Notes: a model not told the origin generated them from the letters alone. Shown: positions 11,321 through 20,775, counted from the first letter of the stretch. The stretch: DNA of 64,000 nucleotides from Acidimicrobiia bacterium (GCA_035620735.1 DASPGH010000095.1:3484-67483), one strand, 5' to 3'. Numbers and translations are program-made.

Positions 11321-12308
11321 GAAAATAAATGAGCCCATCACGGTGGGCGACGTCACCGTGAGACCGGGTAGGAAGGTGCAGATCGAGCTCCCTTTTGCCC
11401 GTGTCGTCACCGGCGCCACGGAGACGTTGCCGGTCAAGGTGATCAACGGTCGATCGGCAGGACCCAACATCTGGCTGTCGGCCGCCATACATGGTGACGA
11501 GCTGAACGGCATTCAGATCATCCGCCGGGTCATCAAAGACCTCGACGCCAAGAATCTCCGCGGAGCGGTGATCGCGGTGCCTATCGTCAACCCCCTCGGC
11601 TTCATCAACGAGTCGCGATACCTGCCCGACAGACGGGACCTCAACCGGTCGTTCCCGGGGTCTGCGCGAGGGTCGACTGCCTCTCGTCTCGCCCACCTCT
11701 TCATGGAACAGGTCGTGGGCCAGTGCACGGTGGGGATCGACCTGCACACCGCCAGCAACCATCGGATCAACCACCCACAGATACGGGCCAATCTCGATGA
11801 TCCGACCACTCTGAAGCTGGCACGAGCCTTCGGCGCTCCATTCTCCATCCACGCCCGGATGCGTGACGGTTCGTTGCGTCAGGCGGCGGCGGAGTGGGGA
11901 AAGACCACGCTCCTCTACGAGGCGGGCCAGGCACACCGCTTCGACGACGACGCCGTCGAGGCAGGCGTCGTCGGAGTAATGCGGACACTGCGCTCCATGG
12001 GGATGATCGACGCTCGTCTGCCTCGTGCCCAACCCACCCGGCTGATACGCCGCACCCGCTGGGTCAGGGCGCGCCGCGGTGGGATCGCGGACATCGAAGT
12101 GAGACTGGGTGAGAAAGTGCAGAGAGGCGACCGGGTGGCCTCGATCGCCGACGCCTTCGGCATGCACCCAACGCAGGTGAAAGCCACCGAGTCGGGATGG
12201 GTGATTGCGATGTCACTCCGCCCCCTGGTCAATTCGGGCGACTCGCTGATCCACATCGGTGCGCTCAGTGGTCCCGACCGCGACGAGCCGGCCGAGAAGA
12301 AGCGCTGA
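11310..12308 (+). CDS. succinylglutamate desuccinylase/aspartoacylase (AstE/AspA, M14-like) family protein
   Basis: The zinc-binding region [11 protein letters not shown] and overall length fit the family. The TTG start overlaps the rimK stop. Confidence 0.75.
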   Translation: MVPEKINEPITVGDVTVRPGRKVQIELPFARVVTGATETLPVKVINGRSAGPNIWLSAAIHGDELNGIQIIRRVIKDLDAKNLRGAVIAVPIVNPLGFINESRYLPDRRDLNRSFPGSARGSTASRLAHLFMEQVVGQCTVGIDLHTASNHRINHPQIRANLDDPTTLKLARAFGAPFSIHARMRDGSLRQAAAEWGKTTLLYEAGQAHRFDDDAVEAGVVGVMRTLRSMGMIDARLPRAQPTRLIRRTRWVRARRGGIADIEVRLGEKVQRGDRVASIADAFGMHPTQVKATESGWVIAMSLRPLVNSGDSLIHIGALSGPDRDEPAEKKR

Positions 12309-12309
12309 G

Positions 12310-12585
12310 CTAGCTGGCGCGCTTGGTCTCCTCGAGCCATCGACGACGCAACTTCCTGCGCTCCTTGGCGGTGTGGCCGCCCCAGATTCCCTCATTCTGG
12401 TTCGTGACGATGGCCCATGTGAGACACTCGTCGGCAACGGGACACCCCGAACAGATGGCTTTAGCCTTGACGATCCCGCCCAAGTCCTCTTTTTCGGGAA
12501 AGAAGCTGACCTCGTCCTGGACCTCGAGACAGGCAGCCGCTTCCCGCCACGGAATAACTGTCAGATCTATCACTTTCAGCCCCAA
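12310..12585 (-). CDS. WhiB-family (Wbl) Fe-S transcriptional regulator
   Basis: Four-Cys pattern (AACL ... CSGCPVADEC) followed by GIWGG and a basic tail, as in WhiB-like proteins. Confidence 0.9.
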   Translation of the reverse strand: MGLKVIDLTVIPWREAAACLEVQDEVSFFPEKEDLGGIVKAKAICSGCPVADECLTWAIVTNQNEGIWGGHTAKERRKLRRRWLEETKRAS

Positions 12586-12763
12586 TATTCATCGGGCACA
12601 GGTAAACGCAGAGTCAAGGATTTTCGTTCCCGCCCTCGCCGGCCCATACCGCAAGCCACGCATCATCCACCATTCGTTACGCACGAGACATGGGGATTGG
12701 TTCCGGAACATCACGGCCCATAGATAGACCGCGGAACGGCTTCGGTCCAGGGTAAGTGCGGTC

Positions 12764-13999
12764 CTAGCTCGTATATGGCTCGGGGACCGCTCCCGGACCA
12801 AGACGTCCGAGCTCGGCGCGCGCCACTGAGCGACGATGGACCTCGTCGGGTCCGTCGGCGATTCGCAGCCAGCGCCCCATGGAGTAGAAACCGGCGAGGG
12901 GCCAGTCTTCGGTGAACCCCGCAGCACCAAACAGCTGCATGGCGTCGTCGGCGATTCTGGTCAAGAGGTTGGGTGCAGCCACCTTGATGGCAGCGATCTC
13001 CGTGCGGGCCCCCTTGGTGCCGATGTTGTCGATCATCCAAGCGGTCTTCAGGACCAGGAGACGCACCTGCTCGATCTGGATTCGGGCGTCGGCGATCCAC
13101 TCCCTGATGACACCCTGTTCCGACAGAGGTTTGCCGAAAGCGGTACGAGCCTGAGAGCGTTGGACCATCAGGTCGAGGCATCGCTCGGACGCACCGATGG
13201 CACGCATGCAGTGATGGATTCTCCCCGGGCCGAGCCTGGCCTGAGCGATGGCGAAGCCACCGCCCTCCTCACCCAGGAGATTCGTGGCGGGAACCCGCAC
13301 CCCGTCAAAGAGGATCTGAGGATGGCCGCCGCGGTCCTGGTACCCGAACACTGTCGGCTCCCGCTCGACCACGACACCGGGAGCGTCCATGGGAACGATG
13401 ACCATCGACTGCATGCGATGACGCTCCGCGTCGGGGTTGGTGACTCCCATGACGATCGAGAGCTTGCATCTCTCCGACGCCGCTCCCGAGCTGAACCACT
13501 TACGACCGGTGATCACATAGTCATCGCCGTCCCGCTCGATCCGGGTGCGAATGTTCGTCGCGTCCGAGCTGGCCACATCGGGCTCGGTCATCGAGAAACA
13601 CGATCTGATCTCTCCCTCCAGCAGAGGGTGCAACCACACCTCCTTCTGCTCCGGAGTGCCGAACATGTGGAGGATCTCCATGTTCCCGGTGTCCGGAGCC
13701 GAGCAGTTGATCGCTTCCGGGGCGATCTCCGGGCTTCGACCGGTGATCTCAGCCAGCGGGGCGTATTCGAGGACCGAGAGACCCCCACCTTCGTCGGGGT
13801 CGGGCAGGAAGAGGTTCCACAAACCACGACTGCGCGCCTCTTTCTTCAAGTCATCGAGCACAGCGGGGTAGTGATGTGGGTTGCCGGCCTCCTCCATCTG
13901 CTGGTGGTAGACATGCTCCGCGGGGAACACATGGCTGTCCATGAAATCCGAGAGACGAGACCGGTAGTCCTCAACTTTGTTGCCGTACGCGAAATCCAT
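12764..13999 (-). CDS. acyl-CoA dehydrogenase
   Basis: ACAD motifs are present (CFSMTEP..ASSDATN, ITGRKWFSSGA, and the C-terminal QLFGAAGFTED...RIADGPDEVH). The start was trimmed to ATG 13999 (MDFAYGNKVEDY). The 75 extra N-terminal codons in the ORF track are Arg/Pro/Ser-rich read-through overlapping the M50 gene. Confidence 0.9.
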   Translation of the reverse strand: MDFAYGNKVEDYRSRLSDFMDSHVFPAEHVYHQQMEEAGNPHHYPAVLDDLKKEARSRGLWNLFLPDPDEGGGLSVLEYAPLAEITGRSPEIAPEAINCSAPDTGNMEILHMFGTPEQKEVWLHPLLEGEIRSCFSMTEPDVASSDATNIRTRIERDGDDYVITGRKWFSSGAASERCKLSIVMGVTNPDAERHRMQSMVIVPMDAPGVVVEREPTVFGYQDRGGHPQILFDGVRVPATNLLGEEGGGFAIAQARLGPGRIHHCMRAIGASERCLDLMVQRSQARTAFGKPLSEQGVIREWIADARIQIEQVRLLVLKTAWMIDNIGTKGARTEIAAIKVAAPNLLTRIADDAMQLFGAAGFTEDWPLAGFYSMGRWLRIADGPDEVHRRSVARAELGRLGPGAVPEPYTS

Positions 14000-14012
14000 G
14001 AGGTGAAAGAAC

Positions 14013-14762
14013 CTAGTTGTCGTCGGTCTCGGAGGGACCGGCCGGAGGGTTTTCGTCGACCCCCTCATCCTCCTCCGTGACCTCGGGCTCGTCGTAGGAG
14101 AGCGTCGGGATACCGGTCGGCGGCCGTTGGGTCTCCTGACTCGTGGCGAACTCGGAGAGCAAGAGCCAACCGGCGAGAACCGCAATGAAGACGAGACGTT
14201 GCCAGATTGCGAAAGCGAGGGCACCGGCTGCAGTGGCGACGAAGATCACCTTCGCGATCGCCTCGCCCCTGACCGGAGCCACCTTCTCCAAAAGCGTCTC
14301 GAGAAGGTGCCCACCGTCGAGGGGGCGAATCGGCAGCCAGTTGAGCAGCCCCCAGAACACGTTGACATAGATGGTGCTGTTGAGAATGAAGCCGGTGAGC
14401 GAGCCGTACGGGCCGAACGCGGAGGCTAAGGCCCAAACGAGGCCACCAAAAGCCAACCCTGTTGCCGACCCGGCTGCCGCGATCAATGCTCGACGCCCCG
14501 GGGTGATCTCACCTCCCGGCACGTTCCACCGCGTCAACCCGCCGAGACCGTTGAGCTCGATCGCCACGTCGGAGCCGAAGCTCCGAGCGGTCAAAGCGTG
14601 ACCCAGTTCGTGGATCAGTATCGAAACGAAGACGATCACGATCCAGGCGATGGTGAACTCCGTGTTGTTGACGCCGGCGAAGCCGATGAGGGCGGCGATG
14701 ATCAAGAACGATGTCCGGACGGTGACCGGCATGCCGAACAGACGAAAGCGCAGCACCGGCAC
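14013..14762 (-). CDS. site-2 protease family (peptidase M50) membrane metalloprotease
   Basis: HELGH zinc motif inside a TM helix (ILIHELGHALTARSFG), multiple TM segments and an LDGG-type motif (PIRPLDGGHLL). Confidence 0.8.
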   Translation of the reverse strand: MPVLRFRLFGMPVTVRTSFLIIAALIGFAGVNNTEFTIAWIVIVFVSILIHELGHALTARSFGSDVAIELNGLGGLTRWNVPGGEITPGRRALIAAAGSATGLAFGGLVWALASAFGPYGSLTGFILNSTIYVNVFWGLLNWLPIRPLDGGHLLETLLEKVAPVRGEAIAKVIFVATAAGALAFAIWQRLVFIAVLAGWLLLSEFATSQETQRPPTGIPTLSYDEPEVTEEDEGVDENPPAGPSETDDN

Positions 14763-14788
14763 ATCTTGGCACCGGTACCCTGCTTCGC

Positions 14789-16135
14789 ATGCATGATGAC
14801 CTCAGAGCCGCGGTGGCGGCTGACATGCCCCGTCTGAAAGACCTCTTGTCCACGTTGATCCGGATGAAGTCGGTCAGCGCCGACGGCTACGACCCCGCCG
14901 CGGTGCGAGAAGTAGCCGAGACCATCGTCGCGATGCTCGGCCAAGCCGGCTTCTCCAATGCCCAACTTCTGGAGTCGTCGAACGGGCACCCCACGGTATT
15001 CGCCGAGATCCCTCCACCCGAGGGTGCACCGACGGTCCTTCTCTACGCACACTACGACGTGCAGCCACCCGGGCCGATCGAGGAGTGGGAATCGGGACCA
15101 TTCGAGCCTCTCGAAAAGAACGGTCGCATCTACGGGCGGGGAGCCAGTGACGACAAGGCGGGCATCGTCATGCACCTGGGAGCGATCGCCGCACATGGCG
15201 GCGAGCCTCCTGTAGGCGTGCAGCTGTTTCTGGAGGGTGAGGAAGAGGCAGGTTCGATCGGTCTTCCCGAGATCCTCGAGAAACACTCCGATCTGCTCGA
15301 CCCCGATGTGATCGTCATCGGCGACGGGGGCAACTGGGATGAGGGAACACCGGCGTACATCTCGTCCCTGCGTGGGGTCGTGGGGCTCAAGCTCGAGTTG
15401 AGGACGCTGAGATCTGCGGTGCACTCGGGCCAGTACGGCGGTGTCGTGCCCGACGCACTCATGGCTCTCGCCAGACTCCTGGCAACCCTCCACGACGACA
15501 AAGGGAACGTCGCCATAGCCGGGCTGGTCTCAGGGGCGCTGGAAGACGTCCCGGAAGTGTCCGAGCAAAGAGCACGCACCGAGACCGGAGCGGTCGACGG
15601 TCTCGAATTGATCGGCGAGGGATCCATCCCTTCCCGGCTCTGGTCACGACCGGCGGTGTCTGTCCTCGCCATCGATGCCCCCTCGACCGCAGAGGCCATC
15701 AATCAGCTCGTGCCTGTGGCCCGGGCCAAGGTGAGCATGCGCATTCCGCCCGGACAGGACGCCGATGCCGCTCTTCAGATCCTCAAGAACCATCTGATGG
15801 CAAACGTGCCCTGGGGTGCTGAGCTCTCTTTCTTCTACGAGGAGAAGGGCGAGGCCACGGTCCTCGGCTCTGACAACTTCGCCGTCGACATCTGGCGCGA
15901 GGCCTTCCACGAGGCTTTCGGCACTGAGGCGGTCGAGATGGGTGCCGGCGGCTCGATCCCGTTCATCGCCACCTTCAGCGAGATGTTCCCCGACGCCCCG
16001 ATCCTTGTGGTGGGAGCGGCCGACCCGTCGAGCGCCTTCCACGCACCGAACGAGAGCCAGAGCATCGCCGATCTGGAGAAGGCGACCCTCACGGAGGCGA
16101 TCGCGCTGAGACTGCTTGCCGAGCGAGACGTCTGA
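14789..16135 (+). CDS. M20-family dipeptidase/metallohydrolase
   Basis: 448 aa with M20 motifs (LLYAHYDVQPP, GRGASDDKAG, LEGEEEAGS). Confidence 0.85.
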   Translation: MHDDLRAAVAADMPRLKDLLSTLIRMKSVSADGYDPAAVREVAETIVAMLGQAGFSNAQLLESSNGHPTVFAEIPPPEGAPTVLLYAHYDVQPPGPIEEWESGPFEPLEKNGRIYGRGASDDKAGIVMHLGAIAAHGGEPPVGVQLFLEGEEEAGSIGLPEILEKHSDLLDPDVIVIGDGGNWDEGTPAYISSLRGVVGLKLELRTLRSAVHSGQYGGVVPDALMALARLLATLHDDKGNVAIAGLVSGALEDVPEVSEQRARTETGAVDGLELIGEGSIPSRLWSRPAVSVLAIDAPSTAEAINQLVPVARAKVSMRIPPGQDADAALQILKNHLMANVPWGAELSFFYEEKGEATVLGSDNFAVDIWREAFHEAFGTEAVEMGAGGSIPFIATFSEMFPDAPILVVGAADPSSAFHAPNESQSIADLEKATLTEAIALRLLAERDV

Positions 16136-16181
16136 GCCGGCCGTTGTCTGTGCACCATGTCTCGGAAACCGCTACGTGATG

Positions 16182-16670
16182 CTATAGCAACGCTTGTCTG
16201 GAGCCCTTGAAGCCCAGCTGGCGCCACGCTTCGTAAACGACGATGGCGGCGGAGTTGGAGAGGTTGATCGAGCGAACGCCGGAGATCATGGGCAGACGCA
16301 GTCGGCGTGTGATCCAGGGCATCTGTCTCACCTCGTCGGGCAAGCCGACCGATTCAGGGCCGAAAAGGAAGGCATCACCTTCGCTATAGCTCTCTTCGGT
16401 GTAGAGCCGCTCCCCGTCGACAGTGAGGGCGAATACCCGCGCCGGCGCGGTCGTCATCAACCAGCTCTCGAGATCGGGATGCACCGTCACCGCCGCCTTG
16501 TCCCGGTAGTCCAGGCCCGCCCGGCGCAGCTTGGCGTCTTCCATCTCGAACCCGAGAGGCTCGATCAGATGGAGCCGGCAACCCGTTACCGCGGCCAGAC
16601 GCATGGCATTGCCGGTGTTGGGGGGTATCTCAGGGGTGAAGAAGACCATATCGAACATCGGGTCGGTCAA
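16182..16670 (-). CDS. trmL: tRNA (cytidine/uridine-2'-O-)-methyltransferase TrmL (SpoU/TrmH class)
   Basis: [29 protein letters not shown] and the C-terminal [18 protein letters not shown] are typical TrmL motifs. The start overlaps the nucS stop by 4 nt. Confidence 0.9.
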   Translation of the reverse strand: MTDPMFDMVFFTPEIPPNTGNAMRLAAVTGCRLHLIEPLGFEMEDAKLRRAGLDYRDKAAVTVHPDLESWLMTTAPARVFALTVDGERLYTEESYSEGDAFLFGPESVGLPDEVRQMPWITRRLRLPMISGVRSINLSNSAAIVVYEAWRQLGFKGSRQALL

Positions 16671-17335
16671 CGAAGATCGAACAGACGGAGCTCGGTGTCC
16701 TCCGCCTCTCGGAGACCGTCGTAGTCGACCTCGATCGCCACGACGCCTCTCGACTCGGCGAGCACTCTCGCCTGGGGCGTTATCGACTGGGCGGAGAGGA
16801 TGCCCCGCACCGGGGCTAGCCGGGGGTCGTGGTTCAGCCTCTCGATGTAGCGGACCAGTTGCTCCACCCCGTCGATGTCCCCCCGCCGCTTCACCTCGAT
16901 GGCCACGGTCGAGCCGTTGCGGTCGGCGCAGAGGAGATCGACGGGCCCGATATCGGTCGGATACTCACGACGGATCAGGCTGAGACCCTCCTCGAGGATG
17001 CTGGGTGTTGCGGCGAGAATCTCCTGCAAGTGGGTCTCGACCCCATCCTTGATCAACCCGGGATCGTCTCCGAGTTCGTGGGTGACGTCCTCGAGAACCT
17101 CATGAATCCAGATGGTGAGCCGCTCTGTCTTCGAGTTGGTCACCTCCCAGCGATCCTCGTGAACCTCCACGATGTTGGGGGCGATCATCCAATTCAAAGG
17201 CTTAGAAGCGTTGCCATCGGAGTGGATGGCGAGAGTCCCATCAGCCTTTACCATGATCAGCCGAGTGGCCTCGGGGAGATGCGCCGTGAGGCGACCCGAG
17301 TAATCGACGGTGCAGCGAGCGATGACCAGTCTCAT
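16667..17335 (-). CDS. nucS: endonuclease NucS (EndoMS, non-canonical mismatch repair)
   Basis: 222 aa. [41 protein letters not shown]... and the C-terminal PD-(D/E)xK region ([20 protein letters not shown]) match NucS. Confidence 0.93.
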   Translation of the reverse strand: MRLVIARCTVDYSGRLTAHLPEATRLIMVKADGTLAIHSDGNASKPLNWMIAPNIVEVHEDRWEVTNSKTERLTIWIHEVLEDVTHELGDDPGLIKDGVETHLQEILAATPSILEEGLSLIRREYPTDIGPVDLLCADRNGSTVAIEVKRRGDIDGVEQLVRYIERLNHDPRLAPVRGILSAQSITPQARVLAESRGVVAIEVDYDGLREAEDTELRLFDLR

Positions 17336-17551
17336 ATGGCTTGAGTCGGCGAGGGTAACTCACTGCCAACCCTCCGTCCGAGCGTGCAGCTGCCACCTTA
17401 AGACAGGCCACACGTTCTTCTGGCAATTCGTGAGTAACACCTAGCTGCCCAGGTAGCGCATGTTGCCGGTTATCGCGCAAGTGATCCGGTCATCTTCGCT
17501 GTCTGGCGACGCCGCGTCATGCGCTGTCTGAATCGCTATCCCGGTGGTGAA

Positions 17552-18166
17552 TCAGACGCTCGAGGTTGTCGAGTTGTTCCGTCTCCGAGAAGCCGCCAGG
17601 GCCATCCAACGAGATGCCAAGGGGACGACCAGAGGTGGAATGAAGTAGAGAATTGCCGGCGCATAAGAGTCAATAAAGCGTGAAAGATCTGCTCCGACTT
17701 GCACCATGCCGTATAGAACCCCAAAGGTCACGGCCCAGACGGGAATGGAAAGGAGGGCTGTGAGGAACGGTGCGGAGCGTTTGAACAGCGCAAGCGCCGC
17801 ACCGATACCGATGGCAGCACCCACTGGAATTCCCACAAGCAGACCGTAAAAGAGCGCCGCTCCAAGACGATTGAACCCACTGAGATCTGTGGAACTGAGC
17901 AACATCCACGGTGCAACGTACAAGCCGACGAATCCACCCAACCAAGCTCCGACCAACGCCAACAGGTAGCCCGACTTGCGGGTTCCCCGGTATGCCGTTC
18001 GAATGACACGTTCGACCCCTCCACGGTCGTGTGAGCTTCTCTGATTGCGCCGCACCAACAAATGTTGGCCGCGACCCCCGCTCGAATCTACTGACCAGAG
18101 ACGGACGGTCCCGATCACCTGAAATGGCGCGTGGTCGCTCGGACAAGAACCGTCCGGGATCGGCAC
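17552..18166 (-). CDS. hypothetical multi-pass membrane protein (start uncertain)
   Basis: At least 4 hydrophobic helices (YLLALVGAWLGGFVGLYVAPW, LGAALFYGLLVGIPVGAAIGIGAALAL, FLTALLSIPVWAVTFGVLYGMV, ILYFIPPLVVPL). The DNA is visibly lower in GC than its surroundings. An internal GTG/TTG start near 18060 is equally possible. Confidence 0.45.
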   Translation of the reverse strand: MPIPDGSCPSDHAPFQVIGTVRLWSVDSSGGRGQHLLVRRNQRSSHDRGGVERVIRTAYRGTRKSGYLLALVGAWLGGFVGLYVAPWMLLSSTDLSGFNRLGAALFYGLLVGIPVGAAIGIGAALALFKRSAPFLTALLSIPVWAVTFGVLYGMVQVGADLSRFIDSYAPAILYFIPPLVVPLASRWMALAASRRRNNSTTSSV

Positions 18167-18199
18167 TTTGGCGTGCGCACCTCGTCGTATTGTTTATCG

Positions 18200-18397
18200 A
18201 TGAGTTCTTCGACCACTGCTCGACCGGACGACTTTGAGCCAGGTGACAAAGTGCGACCTAAATCGGGTGAGTTCGTCGAGTACGTCGGTGAGGTCGTCGA
18301 GGTGCGCCGGAAAATTGTCATCGTGGACTACGAAGTCTTTGGGCGTGGAGTGCCGGTCGAACACCATCCGGGCGACCTCGTCAAAGTGGTCAGCTAG
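18200..18397 (+). CDS. stand-alone KOW-like (NusG C-terminal-domain-like) small protein, 65 aa
   Basis: The ATG at 18200 gives MSSSTTARPDDFEPGDKVRPKSGEFVEYVGEVVEVRRKIVIVDYEVFGRGVPVEHHPGDLVKVVS. The pattern GD.V....G.F....G.V.EV......V.V..FGR..PVE......V resembles the NusG KOW domain. Confidence 0.4.
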   Translation: MSSSTTARPDDFEPGDKVRPKSGEFVEYVGEVVEVRRKIVIVDYEVFGRGVPVEHHPGDLVKVVS

Positions 18398-19940
18398 CGC
18401 AGATCACACTGTTCTTGAGCGATATGGCTCTCTTCGCCAATCGGCCCGGTATCGGCATGCCTGAAGAGTGGGTTCCTGTCAACTGGGTGTTTCCCCTGGT
18501 CGGGTTCAGGCTCGAGGCGCGGCTAGCTGCGACCGGGTGCGGTCGTGGTGGGTATCTGTGTTTGTTGACGGTTGCGGTCGCCGGCACCTGGTACCGCTAG
18601 TGCGGTGTGCAGCACTCTGGGGTGTGCTTGGACATGCCTCCGCCACGCCCTCGTTGGGAGGTGTGGCATGGTGCTTTTCGGCCTAGGTCAGAGCTGGGCT
18701 CAATCACATGAGTCGGCCACGCCAACGTATGGGGGCCATGCCGATACCGAGCTCGCAGTCATCTGACCGCGTCCGCCAGTCACGTGGCCTCGGGCGGAGC
18801 GAGGCTCCGGATCTCACCGTCACGTAGCCCGTAGTAGACCAGCGTGAGGAGTTTGCGGGCCGCAGCCACTCTCCCTTTGTTGCGGCCTCGTCGTTCAGAA
18901 ACTCTCTGGTAGTGGGCTCTGATGTGGTCGTCGCCGTGGTTCTTGGAGATGGCTTCGATCGCCGCCCACCGGACCAGGGGTGGGCCTTGTTTGGTGATCG
19001 ACCCTCGATGGACCGTGGTGTCCGACTCCCGGTGTCTCGGCGTCAGCCCGGCCCAGGAGCAGACGGCTTTGGCTGAGCGGAACCGTTCGACGTCGCCAAG
19101 CTCAGCACAGAAGATGGCAGCGAGCACCGGACCCACTCCGTTGAGCTGTTGGATCACCTGATACCCCTCATGCCCTTCGAATTCGTCGGCGATGCGGGAG
19201 TCGAGTCTGGTGATCTCGTTGTCGTAGGTCTTGATCAACCGTCGCAGCGACCGGACCCTGGTCTCGTAGGCGTCGGCCATCTCCGTCTCGTCCAACCAGG
19301 CGTTGCCACCGGGACCCCACAGGTGGTTGATCGGCGGTCGTAGTCCTTCTTTGCCCAACACGGCATGCACCTGAGCTTTCAGCCCCGCTCGCAGCTGGGA
19401 CAGTTTGCGGCGGTAGCGGACCAGCTCCCTCTGATACCGGATCCCTTCAGGAGCTATCCAGCTTTCGGGCAGTCGCCCCATCCGCAACAGGTCGGCCAAC
19501 AGTCGAGCGTCGATGCGGTCGTTCTTGACCCTCCGGTTCTCAAACCCCTTGATCCCAAGAGGATGCGCCAAATCCACGTTGCCTCCCGCTTCGGCGATCA
19601 CATCCGCAGCCCAATACCACCCCCACGTCGCCTCCAACACCACCTCGGGAGCCGGACCCGCCTCCTCGATCTCCAACCCAAGAGTCAATGGGTCGTTGTC
19701 AATGCGCTTGGTCCACAGTTCGGTGCCATCCGAATCCACCACCACGATCACCGACCGGCGACGGTGCAGATCCACACCCACGTAACGTGTCATCCGGGGC
19801 CTCCTTGTCTCGACGAATGACAAGGCCCGAGTCTCGTCTCGGGTCAAAGAGCAGGGAGGTCCCCGCTCTTCATGGCATCACATATGTTCCTGGGCGCCTC
19901 GTAGGCTGGACTCGTGTCTGGTCTGTTCCCTACTCCTGAT
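18398..19940 (-). mobile_element. IS110-family insertion sequence (IS1111-like layout); ends not defined
   Basis: A DEDD-type transposase gene has only ~120-150 nt of upstream flank and ~380 nt of non-coding downstream flank. The unit exactly fills the gap between the KOW ORF stop (18397) and the glyoxalase start (19941). A candidate imperfect inverted repeat lies at 18457..18478 and 19852..19878 (shared ATGCC / TGAAGAG / GGG / CCTG blocks). Confidence 0.6.
18780..19793 (-). CDS. IS110-family transposase/recombinase
   Basis: The N-terminal RuvC-like DEDD domain starts MTRYVGVDLHRRRSVIVVVD. The C-terminal IS116/IS110/IS902 domain includes LQQLNGVGPVLAAIFCAELGDVERF.SAKAVCSWAGLTPRHRESD. The start was refined to ATG 19793. 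Confidence 0.9.
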   Translation of the reverse strand: MTRYVGVDLHRRRSVIVVVDSDGTELWTKRIDNDPLTLGLEIEEAGPAPEVVLEATWGWYWAADVIAEAGGNVDLAHPLGIKGFENRRVKNDRIDARLLADLLRMGRLPESWIAPEGIRYQRELVRYRRKLSQLRAGLKAQVHAVLGKEGLRPPINHLWGPGGNAWLDETEMADAYETRVRSLRRLIKTYDNEITRLDSRIADEFEGHEGYQVIQQLNGVGPVLAAIFCAELGDVERFRSAKAVCSWAGLTPRHRESDTTVHRGSITKQGPPLVRWAAIEAISKNHGDDHIRAHYQRVSERRGRNKGRVAAARKLLTLVYYGLRDGEIRSLAPPEAT

Positions 19941-20315
19941 ATGGCCCTGACTCACATCCTGGTCGTCTCAGATGTTCCTGCTTCGAACCGTTGGTACCAA
20001 GATGTTCTGGGTGCCGAGCCGTATCGCGAATACGGAACCTCTGCCGTTCTCTCCTTCAATGGAGCGTGGTTTCTCCTAGTTGAAGGGGGCGATCCGACAC
20101 CGGACAAACCCGAAGTCGAATTCCTGCCACCCGATGCTCGGAAGGTCACTCATTCGTTCACGGTCCGCGTCCAGGACTGTCAGGCCAGCTACGACACCCT
20201 CAGAGGGCGGGGTGCTGACTTTCTGGCTCCTCCCTACGACTGGGGTGGTGAGATCCGCTGCTTCTTCGCCGACCCCGACGGGCACCTTTGGGAGATCAGC
20301 CAACTCGTCGCCTGA
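19941..20315 (+). CDS. VOC/glyoxalase-family protein
   Basis: MALTHILVVSDVPASNRWYQDVLGAE...FADPDGHLWEI is a typical vicinal-oxygen-chelate fold signature. ATG 19941 is preferred over GTG 19914. Confidence 0.75.
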   Translation: MALTHILVVSDVPASNRWYQDVLGAEPYREYGTSAVLSFNGAWFLLVEGGDPTPDKPEVEFLPPDARKVTHSFTVRVQDCQASYDTLRGRGADFLAPPYDWGGEIRCFFADPDGHLWEISQLVA

Positions 20316-20359
20316 CAGGCACACATAACGGCACCCATGCGTGCTATTCACGAGTCACC

Positions 20360-20635
20360 TTAGATCAGGCTGACGCCGAATCCGAGGCCCATCAGGCCGA
20401 GGCCGAGAGCAAAACGTAACTCGGCATCAGGACGGCGTTCTCCGGTTCGGAGGCCACTCAGCATCGCATGCGCTGAAGGGATGTAGTCACCTCCGTGGAG
20501 AACGCGGGTCCTCGCGGGCGTGTCGCCGACAGTTACGTGCCAGACGGCTCGGTGTCGGCGGATCGGAGAAACCAGCACCGCTGAGCCACTGCCCAAAAGA
20601 GCCAGACCCAGCAACAGGTGGTTCAGGTCGTTCAC
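20360..20635 (-). CDS. small hypothetical membrane protein
   Basis: 91-aa ORF with N- and C-terminal hydrophobic helices (LLLGLALLGSGSAVLV; FALGLGLMGLGFGVSLI). I recognise no family. Confidence 0.35.
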   Translation of the reverse strand: MNDLNHLLLGLALLGSGSAVLVSPIRRHRAVWHVTVGDTPARTRVLHGGDYIPSAHAMLSGLRTGERRPDAELRFALGLGLMGLGFGVSLI

Positions 20636-20775
20636 CCCATCAACCTACGCGGCGGAAGTTCGCCCAGATAACGCCCCTCCCGCCAATCCGAGCAGATCGG
20701 CACATATCGCGTGAGCTGAGCAGCGCTCGGGATTCAACGATTTCGGATCACAGATTCTTTAGTTCACTTCGATCG

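Noticed and set aside
12836-14080. 414-aa plus-strand ORF
   Set aside because: It is antisense to the acyl-CoA dehydrogenase gene and has no motifs. It is a shadow ORF.
17336-17551. Possible tRNA or att site in the 216-nt gap upstream of the intact nucS
   Set aside because: I could find no T-loop (GGTTCGA-type) or cloverleaf by eye, and no repeat of this sequence near 21440..21603.
18415-18766. Small plus-strand ORFs (61-76 aa) in the IS 3' flank
   Set aside because: They have no motifs and overlap each other in different frames. Their composition is Cys/Gly/Arg/Trp-rich and unlike coding. The region is better treated as non-coding element sequence.
18421-19945. 8-nt direct repeat gatatggc (18421..18428 and 19938..19945), with a nearby shared ctgttc, as a possible target-site duplication of the IS
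   Set aside because: The two copies lie at asymmetric distances (29 vs 60 nt) from the candidate inverted repeats. As I understand it, IS110-family elements do not make 8-bp duplications. By rough estimate, an 8-mer match between two ~60-nt flanks is expected by chance at the several-percent level.
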